The notes beneath the pieces were generated by a model, which worked only from the letters and a program-made list of their open reading frames with translations, was not told the origin of the DNA and did not search any database. From Diadema antillarum (Eukaryota): a stretch of DNA of 64,000 nt. Shown piece by piece: positions 1 through 11,893 of the stretch. Within the stretch, counting starts at the first letter, position 1. Each line of letters starts with the position of its first letter. Position numbers and translations under genes: made by a program. Location of the stretch: assembly GCF_040938485.1 (NCBI RefSeq), contig NW_027271188.1:806001-870000 (forward strand), given 5' to 3'.

Positions 1-138
1 AAAATAAATTATGTTTCCTTATACTTCGGGACAATACATTTCTTTTTCAGGTCACTCAAATTTAAAATTTCAAGATTCCAGAGAAGACACAAGAGAGAAA
101 AGTTAGTGTCAAGCCCTGTCTATATCATATAACAGGTA

Positions 139-323
139 CAGTGCACTCCCGTTATAATGAACACGATTATAACAAAATTCTGGTTACAACGAAATAAAAT
201 TCAGGCCGCAACATTATCCGCTCTATGTATTTCTATTGTTCATTTGTTCGGTTATAACAAAATTTCGATATAGTGAAAGAAAACGGCCGGTCCCGAGCAC
301 TTAGTTATAATGGGAGTCCACTG
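139..323 (+). mobile_element. Tc1/mariner (pogo/Tigger-like) MITE, family 1
   Basis: TIRs CAGTGCACTCCCGTTATAA / TTATAATGGGAGTCCACTG; TA on both sides. Confidence 0.8.
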
Positions 324-501
324 TATGAAGAGTGTCTTGTAAATATTTCAGCATTTATACAGATCAACAAAAAGAGAACATGACTGGTACTGAAAAGAGT
401 TTTTAAAAAAATCAATTGAAACAATGCTGCATATGTTAATGGCAGGCTGAACTTATGTCAATACAGCAAAAACTTTTAATTACTCTTTTTTAAGTACACA
501 C

Positions 502-3500
502 CTTATCGAGAGATATCTCATGCTCCGCTCGCTTAGGTACCTCTGAATCTGAGGTCCGCTCCGTCAGGCTGACAATGACAGACTCTGCGCACTTGATTGC
601 ATGTGTGCGCACACTGCAAAGGGAAAGAAGAGGAATGCCCAACTCATTAAGGTCAGGTCTGCTAAATCGCATTCTCACCACGAAGAAATACTGAACACCA
701 AGCACACATTCACCTTGTATCAAATACTGCACAAACTGTAAGAAATGCTTGTCTAAAGCATTCCCCGCCAATGCTAGGTAACTTGATGAGAAGTCTAATA
801 TCCTCTAACTTGCCCTGTCTTTGCTTTTAGTTACTTGTTTTGGTCCAGCACCATTACAAATTGAGAATAGGACACGTCACTAAGCTCATGAAACAGAGGA
901 CCTTGTCAATTCAGTATGATGAGAATAACCAATCCGACAAGACAGCAATAGAAGAGACATACATGATATCTTTATAGCATGTGAAACAAAATGGAAAAGG
1001 AGTTTTTCTTTTCAGGTAGACTATTAAGCCTGTCTGTATGAATCATAATTTGATATGCATGGTGCTTCATGGAAGATACTGATTGCGAAACATTTAATTG
1101 ATGCAGAATAGGTGTTCAGTTGATTTTATCTAGACAGAAAATTTGCTTTGAATAAAATAATCTACAAGCTCCACTTCAAATACTTGCAGGACCAGATCAG
1201 TTTTTCTGTGAAATGGAAAGGACATCACACGAAATTTCATTCCATGAATTTCTAATCTTACCCATCATTGTCATCATCAAGTAGCTCAGTCAAGATCTTC
1301 TTCTTCATCAAAACCAGCGACTCCCATCCTGCTTCCATCTCCTCTCTAATCACCTTCACTCCAGTAAGCCACTGTCAGGTGAGAACATAACAATAGTCAC
1401 AGCATCCCAATAAACCTAAGTATACTCCGCATTAATATCACTCTTAGAAACAAGTACTGATGGTCATCATGTTGTTTGATAATGATCTACCATTTCATAT
1501 TCAGTCGCATGGACTCAAATATTCTTTCAACATCACAAACATAAAAAACAAAATTCAACACAACCTATTACTGTATATGCCATATATTCAGCGAGTCTAA
1601 TTTTTTGCGAATCTGGATTTCCTGACACATTCGCGAGTGGTTAAATTTGCGATTGTGGTATACAGTAGGGTCCTACTACTAAACAGAGAATTGTATGTGT
1701 GTACGTCATATGTCAGGATCAGAGTTCATATTTTCGTGCGTTTTTAAATTTGCAAATAGCACATGACTTGCGAAATTTACGAAAATAAAAACCTCATGAA
1801 ATATTTGCCATATGATATACAGTACCCCATGAAGACCCAAACCTAAAGCAAAGTCCAAGCAGAATCAATCATTATAAGGTCTTTTTAATCAGACATATCT
1901 TCCTCGCTTAAAAACTGCAATGATAAAGGTATACAGTCTCTGCTTACAATGTACATATAACTTCATTCTGCAATAACTATTAATTTTTGTAAGAATGATG
2001 TAAATACAGTGACATAGATTGCGTTTGGAGAGAAGCTGTCAATGACATCTTTTACCATTTCATTAAAAAAAAAAAGCCATTGTGCAACCAACACCATCTC
2101 TTCTAATGGGCGGAAAGCAGTGATGCTCTTACCAAAAGCGTCACTCTGAAGAGCTGTGAGAAGCAAAGGATGACCTTCTTCAAGACAGCAACATTCTGGT
2201 TCTCCTCAGTCAGCATCATGTGGAGGCGAGGGAGGACTGTACATAGGATCTCACTGTCCTTTTTACTGCAGGAAGACAAATCAGAATACAGATCAAATCC
2301 TAACATGCATATATACACCCACATACATAGTCATATAGATTTACTGATTTGTTCTATCTAGATAGATAGACTGATAGATGCCCTAACAACTTTAAATTTT
2401 GTGATACCATCAATACATTCTGAATTTTAAAAGGGTTATATATATAGCAATATCTGTGGTAGATACTTGCAGTAATTTCAAAAGGCATTCATTGTTCTAA
2501 TTAAGGTTAGTGCTCAAGAAGAGAACCCCTGATTAGCCCCAGTGGTCTCTTCAGGTGAACTTTGTACAAAGTTGTCGTCTGGTCCCATACATTGTCAGGA
2601 TCTACACATGTTTTTCTCCCTTAGATACAGATGTCTGTGCTATCTCAAACTCACAGTCTATAATTCCAAATGTGGTAGATGCCTAGACTTCCAAATTTGG
2701 TAGATGCCAAGTCCCTGTCCTAGAGTATCTCTAAGACAGACTTGTGCATGTACAGGAAGGATTTACCACTTTCTAAAAGGGCTGCCCGCCTCAATTCTTG
2801 TTGAACCTGTCTCTCCTGGACACCTCTCATAAGCCTCTCTTTCAAAGTGCTGTCCAGGAACAGTTTAAAGGCCCTCTTATTTTATCAACTGCAATAACAA
2901 ACTACATCTGGCCATGTAAACTTATGAGGCATGCACAGAAGTCTGAAAATGTTTCCCTCTCCTATTGTACCCGACTGTGCAATATAGTCTGCACAGACTC
3001 AAGCCACCTGAAACGAGACTGCAGGAGCTTTCTTGTCTTTGGCCCAGGTAGCCAGACCCTTGAGATGAATCTTTACCGATGATCTACCTGTAATGTTTTG
3101 TGGGATATACCAAAATGAGCAGTCATCTGCTTTCTCACTTTTGGTTTAACTCGTAATACCAACAACACCAACAACGGCCATCAAATTCATCCAATCACTG
3201 CCAAAACAGGGATCACTGGACCTCTGTGGAGCACCATGAAATTTGGACAGCTTCGTGACAGTAATTGCACGAGGCGAAGCTAAACTTCATGCTTTTATCC
3301 TGTCTTCTGACCAATTCCTGACTGGGTTCATTTGACTTCCACAAAGCTGTGAAAGAAATAAATTCCTTCACCCTTACTTCCCTGCATGTGAATCTTGACT
3401 GTTTCGCTTGAGATTGTGGATCCTGCAATTCATGAGACCAGACTACAACAATGATACAGAATGGCGATCTAAACTTTCATTGGAAATTGTTAGTGACAGA

Positions 3501-6500
3501 AGACACTTCAATATTCATTAAATTACTGATGTACTCACCAGGCATACTCTGCAAAACTGACCACAAATTTTCTGACTTCAACAGACTGATCAAATTGGAA
3601 CTGCAGTACTTCCTGTAATAAGGGGGAAAAGTACCATGCAGAAATCTGGTATGAACAAGTGATAACATCACAGGAAAACAAAGAAAAAGAAAACTCTTAC
3701 TGATAAACATTGTCAATTCTCCTAGTTTCAAGAGTGGGATAACAGTTAGGTTACTTTTTTTAAAAATACATATCCCTTTTCAAAAGCCAGCCAATATGAT
3801 GTGAGCAATATACATTGTTGAAATAGTCTATGAAATAATGATGAAACACATCACTTGCTAAAGTATCATCAATAGCAAACCAAATCACACTCATTAATGT
3901 CATTGGAATTTTGTTTTGAAGAATTCAGTAATAAGTAGAGCCATGCAGACCAAACAAAAACAATACAAATATGTTACTTGTAAAAGGATGTAATCTGATT
4001 TTTTTTTAATGGGAAAATCCCAGTAATATTTTGATTTGGTTTGTGCCAAGTACAATGAAAATAAAACTTTGAACTTGATTAATTTGATATAGAAATATCA
4101 AATGAAAAAAAAAAGTATGCTCGGTCAAAAGACAAAGAACCAAAATAGTATGCTCAGTCAAAAGACAAAGAAACCAAAACAGTAAAAAGAAACATGTTGT
4201 AATTCCATACTCATATCTCTTTTTTTTTTTTAATCTGCTGATATTTTCAATAGAATGAAGGACTTGCAAGCAACATCAAAGAAATGAACATCATCACAAC
4301 ATATCATGGGTGAACATTACTGCCTCCTTATGTAGTAGTATCAACTTGGTAGAGCTACATGTACCTCCCGACCAACAGATTGCTGATTTAAGTTGATTCT
4401 ATACCGATCCTTCACATGCGTACAGCCCCTTTTTGAAGACAAAACAATTCTGACCACATTCTTCAGTACAATGAACTTGGATAAACTGCAGATCTTGTAC
4501 ATCACTTAATGATAGCAATATTTCACTCACATCAAGAAAGTTATCCAGGAGAGACGGATCCCGGTTGACAATCAGTTCTTGAACATGTCTGAGATGAGTG
4601 ATCTTCTGTGAATCCTTTGGGAGAGAGTGCGTCTTCTGCAGCAGGTCGACAACCTTATCAGAAAAACAATAACAAAGTACAACAGTTGAAAAAACTTGTG
4701 CAATAGATGTTGCCGGCTAAATTACTCATGTACAGCCAAGATAATTTTCATGGCTTATTTAAGTTTAACCAACTGTCAACACATTAGTAGTTATTTCAAA
4801 TTATTTCAAAGGGCATCCTCAACAAAACAGTGAACTAAAACACACTGGTATGTATTAACTTACCTTTGTTCTGCAATCACATCGAGAAAAGTACAAGCAT
4901 GCATGATATTTTCCACACTGCTCACATTTACAATATGAGGGAGCAGAACTTTCTATTGGTAACCAATTCTGATCATGACAAAAGCATCAAGGGCAAAGGC
5001 ATTTTCTACTGTATAAAACACATTTTTTTTTTTTGTCATAGCACAAATAAAAGAATTCCACGTTCCCAGCATACAAAGTCAACAGGCAAGTTCAACCCCA
5101 AATTCTAATTTCTAGAATCAAGATTCACGAGAAGCACCCCCTCCTAATCCCATCCTTAAAATTTAAGGGACTACTATGATAGGGTGTAAATTTTATTATG
5201 AATTATTCATTTACACTCTGTTTTGACAATAACCATTTACTACTGCTCTAAAAATTTACATTAAAAATAAATTTACCTTGATAGCGCCTACCGCAAGGCC
5301 AAAAGGCCCATTTATCAATCTTTGTTTTGAAGTTGAACTTCATTTGACATTTGTATAAAGGTTGGTGGTTTTTTTTTTCCATGTTCACTGACACTGCTGC
5401 TGCATGCTGCTGTGTGTTGTGTCATATTGTTGGAATTTCAAGGTCATGGTTGTAGAACTGATTTGTTTATTCATGTATATTTCCTTAGCTAGGTATGTGA
5501 AGTGCTATCTACGATCTACTCTACTGTAATAAAACCTCTAGGCTAACTGTGCGACCAGCAGCCCCATCACATACGCAAATGCGTATGGGCTGGTCGCAGT
5601 AACCTCTTTAAAGGACAAGTTCACCTTCATAAACATAAGGATTGAGAAAATGCAACAATATTAGTAGAACACATCAGTGAAAGTTTGAGGAAAATTGGAC
5701 AATCGATGCAGAAGTTATGAATTTTTTAAATTTTTGTGTTGGAACCGCTGGATGAGGAGACTACTACAGCTTGTGAGTCATATGCGTACAACAGTATAAA
5801 GAAAATGTAAAAGAAAATTCAACATATTTTCACTTCTTTCGCATAATAAAAGAGCATTTGACTTGCCTCTTTCTAAAGGCAAAGGGAATAATATTACCCA
5901 TAACATTTGTCGGTAACGAGTCAGGGGAATGTGTACTTTTTTCAAAAGATGGAATTTTGTGAAATTCTCTTTATATTTTCCTTATATTGTTGTACGCATG
6001 TGACATCTAAGTTATTCATACACTGCAGTAGTCTTCTCATCCAGCGGGTACTGCACAAAAACTTCAAAAATTCATAACTTTTTAACGGATTGTCTGATTT
6101 TCCTCAAACTTTCAATGATGTGTTCTACTAATATTGCTACATTCTCTCAATCCTTATGTTTATGAAGGTGAACTTGTCCTTTAATCTAGCGCTAGCTGCC
6201 TACTTCTGTGTACTTGACCATGATCTGATACTAATCTATTAAACCATGTGTTCGATCATTATTGCGTCTTTCTAGTCTTGCCAAGTCTTACCCAATTTTG
6301 CTTATCTGTGAGTAAATTTACGACATGCCGTAGTCTAGGCCTAATATAAAGTTCATTGACATTGTGCTGTGTGACAGTGGTGCCATTCTATCGGCTTCTA
6401 TTAATTGTAACGCAAAAATCAACATATGGGACTGTTATAAGCCCCTCGGTACTGTCACATTTCAAGATTTGAGGAAGAATGCTCATGTTGAGATATACCT

Positions 6501-6585
6501 GATCAGAAATACTTTGACCATCTCCTCCGTCATCGTCTAGGAAAAATTGTGAAGCTACAGACAGCCTACTGCTTCCAGCACTCAT
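502..6585 (-). CDS. SYMPK: Symplekin, N-terminal 6 coding exons (partial; gene continues beyond left edge)
   Basis: Exons 6499-6585, 4531-4653, 3539-3612, 2133-2265, 1262-1371, 502-613, all GT-AG with matching phases. Spliced: MSAGSSRLSVASQFFLDDDGGDGQSISDQ-VVDLLQK...[50 protein letters not shown]...KKVILCFSQLFRVTLL-WLTG...DDDNDG-VRTHAIKCAESVIVSLT...EHEISLDK. This follows the symplekin N-terminus as I recall it ([42 protein letters not shown]). Confidence 0.95.
1571..1822 (+). mobile_element. TA-flanked MITE, family 2 (CTGTA termini)
   Basis: TA-CTGTATATGCCA...TGCCATATGATATACAG-TA; inverted copy at 45956-46173. Confidence 0.7.
5547..5600. repeat. Short imperfect hairpin
   Basis: GCGACCAGC...CATACGCA-AA-TGCGTATG...GCTGGTCGC. 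Confidence 0.6.
5612..6180 (+). mobile_element. Kolobok-like non-autonomous DNA transposon, family A (569 bp, near-palindromic)
   Basis: TTAA on both sides; perfect 36-bp TIR AGGACAAGTTCACCTTCATAAACATAAGGATTGAGA extended by long imperfect inverted arms; second copy at 28278-28846. Confidence 0.85.
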
Positions 6586-7088
6586 GGTCTTTCTGGAGCA
6601 GAATTTGCATTTACTGGCAAATACAGCTAACGAGTACGAGAGGTGCGCTTAGGCGGCCACTGCTGCGAGCTAATAGGGTTAGTGCAGTGCAACATTTTAC
6701 GGTTTGTGCATGTACATTTACGTAGTACGCGGACACACACACTATACTTGTAGAGTACACGCAAGTAATGCATGCCCGTTGTGCGTGTACATGTGGGTTC
6801 AAACAGGGAGCTCACCTCCCTGGTTCAAAGGACTGTATGTCTGTTGTTTGGTCTTTCAGGTACATTTGTGCGTTCTTGCCGTTGGGTGGTGATGGACAGA
6901 GCTTGGAGTGATGGAGAGAGTAGAATTATGATAATCATTACAAAATTGATTTGTTGGTGTCGTCATGGGATGATATCATGGGTTCTATGACATATCCTTC
7001 ACTCAGTCGTCCGTTGTTCCCATCTTCCTTCGCATCCTATTCCTCCTACATCTTTTACACGTTCTAGTTTCCTCCTCCCAGATAGCTC

Positions 7089-7195
7089 GCCTCCTCCACC
7101 TCCTCCTCCACCACCACTCCTCCACCACCACCTCCTCCACCACCACCACCACCACCTCCTCCTCCTCCTCCTCCTCCTCCTCCGCTTCCTCCTCT
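7089..7195. repeat. (CCT/CCA)n trinucleotide low-complexity tract
   Basis: Directly visible mixed CCT/CCA runs. Confidence 0.9.
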
Positions 7196-7460
7196 TTCTT
7201 CCAAAACTCCAATGTGGCTCCTCCATAGTTTTTTCTCGCCACACGGCCTAATTTTGTTCTAATTTTCTCTTTGACTTGCTATTATAGTAGCGAGTTACTG
7301 TCCTCAAATTGGGCATAGTGATGACGGTATAATATATACAGTCCCGGGGACATAGCAGAGGATTCGAGCAATATTACGTAGCTAGGCCAAAGCTCAGAAC
7401 AAATGCAACGAGTAACTGGGGAAAGCTCACATGGAATATGCAAGAACAATGAAAACAAGG

Positions 7461-7881
7461 TTTGAGTTTGAGTTGAATTTGAGTATTTTTATTTCACCAC
7501 GAGTCAAGCCACTTCAGCCATTTTTTTTCCTGTGAGAACGTGTAGTTTAAAAATCATACAGTTACAAATACAACATTTAGGAAACGAAAGAAAAAATAAA
7601 CAGACACACACACAAAAGCAAAGTTATACGAAATCATGCGTATCACTAAAAAGGAAAAATAGGAATTAAGACACTGAAAAAAAGATTTGATTGACATACA
7701 ATGTCACAGTTCAATGCAAACAATTGCTATATATTTCATCTATCTTATTCTTAAATATAAAGAGAGATACACTTTGTTTTACACCGTCTGATAAATTATT
7801 CCATAGTTTGGCTCCGCGATATGTTACACTACGTTTCTTAAAATTCGTTCTTGGGTGAGGCAAGTCTAATTTCAATATTCC
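7461..7881 (-). mobile_element. 5'-truncated LINE 3' end (L2/CR1-group)
   Basis: Minus strand reads LDLPHPRTNFKKRSVTYRGAKLWNNLSDGVKQSVSLFIFKNK, a typical ORF2 C-terminus; short tandem tail (CTCAAA-like) at about 7461-7483. Confidence 0.7.
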
Positions 7882-8026
7882 TTTTCTCAGTGTGTAATTG
7901 AACGAAGTTAGGGTTTTAATTTTTGCCCTCCTCCACTTCTGTTGTTTTGGTTTTTTTTTCAGAAAAAAAAAATGTACGGTGATGTTTTTTCTTTGTTTTT
8001 CTGCTTGTCAGGCGATGTCAATAGAG

Positions 8027-8246
8027 GGCTACACGACATTTGTCCCTGCAACGATTGCTCCGGTCTTATTCTCCAAGGATTTAGGGTTGGTTTTGATGTA
8101 GGGTTTTAGGTTTAGTTTGATGTGAGGATTAGGATTATAGGATTAGGGTTATGGGCATATTTGTGGGTAGAATTTTTCTTTGGCTTAGAGTGCAGATATT
8201 TCTTGGGGGCTACTTTCGGTGTCGCAGGAGCAAATGTCATGGAACC
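8027..8246 (+). mobile_element. MITE with telomere-like TTAGGG core; GG..CC termini, 8-bp TSD (Merlin-like)
   Basis: TIRs GGCTACACGACATTTGTCCCTGC / GCAGGAGCAAATGTCATGGAACC; flanks CAATAGAG / CAGTAGAG (7/8). Confidence 0.65.
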
Positions 8247-8806
8247 CAGTAGAGAAGTGTCACCCAAAAAATGTAAAGACCATTCTTTTTTTTTGGGGGG
8301 GGGGGGGCGGGGACTAACTTGTCAGCCGATATTAACCCCGGAGAAAGTTGCACCAGAAAATGTTAAGCCATCTTTTATTTTTATTTTTTATTTATTTTTT
8401 TGCTACCTTGCTTGCTTGCATGCTTGCCAGCCCATTTTGGTGTGCAACTTGACAGCAACGCCCCTCCCCCATCATTAGTTACTGCATCGTTATTATCATT
8501 CATCACTATAGTAATTATCTTAGGGCCTGTCATCATGGGGAGGGGGGTGGTAACCCTTGACCCCTCAAAAAAGACCTTCAAAACAAAGCAAAGAAAGACA
8601 AACAATTACTTTATTAGCTTGTCAGATCATTAACCAGCTATATATGCAGTGGAATAAAGTTAGAAACATTAAAAGGTCTTACTATTGGAACAAAAGGGTT
8701 TTCTAAAGTCATTTTTTAAACTAAAGACTATCATTATCTGCATTTAGCAATGTTTAGGGCCTGACATCATTTCATCCGTTACCATCGCTATCGCCATCTT
8801 CTTCCT

Positions 8807-9045
8807 GTTCAAGTTCAAGTTCTTTTATCTAAAACTTTCATAAAACAACACATAATGAGGGCTCTACAAATGAACAAAAAAAAAACACACAATACATTGG
8901 CACATTGTCAACGACACAACCCTCCCATTAGGGTAGAAAAAAAAATAATGGAAAGAGAATTATTAAACTGTATAAGGGCTCAACAGGAAGGCAGACTGCC
9001 TTAAGTTAGGCCCTGATGACAAATAATTCATTCAGAATACTAGTA

Positions 9046-9101
<56 letters not shown>

Positions 9102-9868
9102 AGCAAACAAACAAACAAACAAACACCACCACACACACTCACACTTTATAAGCTAACACATTGCTTGGAATACACGTGGCAGTATTACAGCAAGGTAAGT
9201 GATTCTAATAAATAAAGCTTAAATCTCTTCTTAAACTAATTTAAAGAAGAGATGGTTTTTATTTCATGAGGCATGTCGTTCCACATCAAGGGATCTCTAG
9301 AGAAAACATAATTTTTGAGCATAGGGGTTCGTACAGAAGGGAGATGGTAATCAGAAGAATTTCTTGTCAAATTATTATATGAATGGACTGATTTAAAGTC
9401 AAATCTAATATTCTTGCAAAGAAATAGGGCCTATAGGGAGAATGTTCTGCTTACTCAAAAACATAGAAATAGCAATTTGGAAAATCTGTACATCATAAAT
9501 ATTCAAAGCTTTTAAAGAGGAAAACATCGGTTGATTATGAGCATGATAATCATGAAGAATTCAATATGATTCTTATTGCATGTTTTTGAAATTTAAACGA
9601 TCTATTCATGTATTCGTTCTGTGGTACTGGCCCAAGATGTAGCACAGTATTATGAGGTGTAAAAAGTGTGTCATACATGTACAACATTAACAGTATTTTT
9701 CTAGTTGCAGGAAATGACCTGAACGTATTCGACACACCAGTACTCTGATAATAAACTGCAGATGACGCCAATATTACGATTCCATTATAATGTTTCGTCA
9801 ATGGTAACTCCTCATAAAACTGTTAGACTGGAGACACGCTGTGTATGCATCCTCGGAATCCTGAATAC
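8807..9868 (-). mobile_element. Decayed LINE 3' portion (L2/Crack-like), cut by assembly gap
   Basis: Frameshifted minus-strand QKHAIRIILNSS / YHAHNQPMFSSLKALNIYDV / PLMWNDMPHEIK; (GAACTT)n tail at 8807-8822; internal (CA)n at 9045-9098. Confidence 0.7.
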
Positions 9869-10029
9869 NNNNNNNNNNNNNNNNNNNNNNNNNNNNNNNN
9901 NNNNNNNNNNNNNNNNNNNNNNNNNNNNNNNNNNNNNNNNNNNNNNNNNNNNNNNNNNNNNNNNNNNNNNNNNNNNNNNNNNNNNNNNNNNNNNNNNNNN
10001 NNNNNNNNNNNNNNNNNNNNNNNNNNNNN
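9869..10029. other. Assembly gap (161 N)
   Basis: Run of N. Confidence 1.
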
Positions 10030-10199
10030 TTCATCGTGATTTTGAACTTGCCGGGGCCATAATGAAACCAAAGAATAGGGCCTATCGGCACGCGGTTAAA
10101 GCTATAATTGCCCAGAACCTCAGGTGATTTTCAACATGCACTACTAAGGGCAAATAGTTTTAACAGTGACCAGAAAAGAAGCAGTTGGTATTTGTTTAA

Positions 10200-11046
10200 C
10201 CCTAAAACGGTCGAGGGGGGGGGGGGGGAGGAATCAACCCCTCGACATTTTGCACGACTATTCCGCCGCGCGAAATTTTTGACCGCGCCGCTCCCTGACT
10301 TTTTACTTTCAAGTCTCGCACATCTTGATACCATTTTCGCGAAAATCGGGCGTACCGTTACAACGTTGCACGACCTATACACCGTACATGCTTGTCAGAC
10401 CGAAAATGGCTCAAAAACGTGGTTTGTGTACAAAGTCTGTGCAAATGGAGTTTTCGCACCTTATTCAAAAAGATATGATTATTTTCATGTTCATCGGCTG
10501 AAATCAATCAATTTTAGCATTATTATGCTTGAAATAGGTTGTCATAAATTTTGAGAGAAAATGATAAGACAAAAGGTCAAAAAACATAGAAATGTAGTCG
10601 AGGTATACATAAGAAATCCATAAACCAATACAACATAAATATTATACGTAAGAAATTAATTTTGATACCAGTTTTTTTTTTTCAAGTATAGATATACATT
10701 GTTAGGAACGCTAAGAATGTTATCACCAAAAATTTGGATTCTAGGAGCTTTATTTTCTGATTTAGAGCAAAATGTATATTTTCATGCATATATTGGCATA
10801 ATTAGTTAATATGATGAACATTTCAATTTCTTTTTTCCCCCAATAGTTTGGTAGATTACCCCACAGGTTCTCACTATATGCCAATTTTCATGGCGATTGC
10901 GCGATCGACGGCCGAGATCGGGGGGGGGGGGGGGGGGGGGGGGGGGGTAGGGCGGGATGGGGGGGGGGGGGGGGGGGTGATTCATGATTCATGAACCCTC
11001 CCCGGCCACAGAACAGAAGAAAAAAAAAAGCCCGGCCTAGATAGGG
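10200..11046 (+). mobile_element. piggyBac-like non-autonomous element (847 bp)
   Basis: TTAA-CCCTA...TAGGG-TTAA; subterminal poly-G runs at both ends. Confidence 0.75.
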
Positions 11047-11562
11047 TTAAGCATCTCACTTGATCTAAGATAAGTTATGTCAGATTAAAGCATTATAAAA
11101 TTGTCCTGATACCGGTCAGAGAAAAAAGATCTAGGCCTATTACTTCTAACCATGTCCCTCGAAGCAGTCGATATTTGTAACTTTGTATACAAGGCCTACT
11201 TTACTGCCCAGCAGTCTGTTTTTCAAGATGTATAGGCCCTAAGTCTATTTTTATTTATAAAGAGACCATGAGATCTTTGCGTCCCACTAAATCAGAATCG
11301 AGGATTCATTAAATGATGTATACTAAAGAAAACTATTGATCAACTGCACCTCTGACCAATCAGAATCGAGGTTTCATCAAATGAGGCATAAAAGTGTATA
11401 AGTAAAACTTTTGACGGCATCTTTGACCAATCATATCTAGGATTCATAAAAATGAGATAGGCCTAAAAAAAAAGTTTTATCTCTAGCTGTACTTTGCAAA
11501 TTGGAAATAAAAAACGGTCGGATACCAGCAGGAAGTAGTACATCTTGTCTTTTTCCTACGAG

Positions 11563-11720
11563 NNNNNNNNNNNNNNNNNNNNNNNNNNNNNNNNNNNNNN
11601 NNNNNNNNNNNNNNNNNNNNNNNNNNNNNNNNNNNNNNNNNNNNNNNNNNNNNNNNNNNNNNNNNNNNNNNNNNNNNNNNNNNNNNNNNNNNNNNNNNNN
11701 NNNNNNNNNNNNNNNNNNNN
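11563..11720. other. Assembly gap (158 N) just upstream of PPP5C
   Basis: Run of N. Confidence 1.
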
Positions 11721-11893
11721 TCCGGTAATTCTGCAGGGATCCAAACTGATCGCAAACTGGCCGCAAGCAATACCCAGGGTGAAAGGGACTCTTTGGACGT
11801 GTTGTGGAAGTGAACAGTAGTACGCCCTCTCAACGAATAAACATGTAATTTCCGCATATCACGTGGGATCAGTAAATTGTACAAGTATTTACC

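Noticed and set aside
3378-3424. Possible 45-nt frame-preserving cassette exon in SYMPK intron 3 (coordinates approximate)
   Set aside because: The acceptor is weak, and the flanking exons join directly to give the expected symplekin sequence (...AC|KKD...).
6999-7244. Poly-E/V/W/R/G ORFs as a low-complexity protein
   Set aside because: Products of a (CCT/CCA)n tract, open in several frames, with no splice context linking them to SYMPK.
9762-11820. ORFs containing X runs
   Set aside because: Artefacts of reading through the two N gaps.
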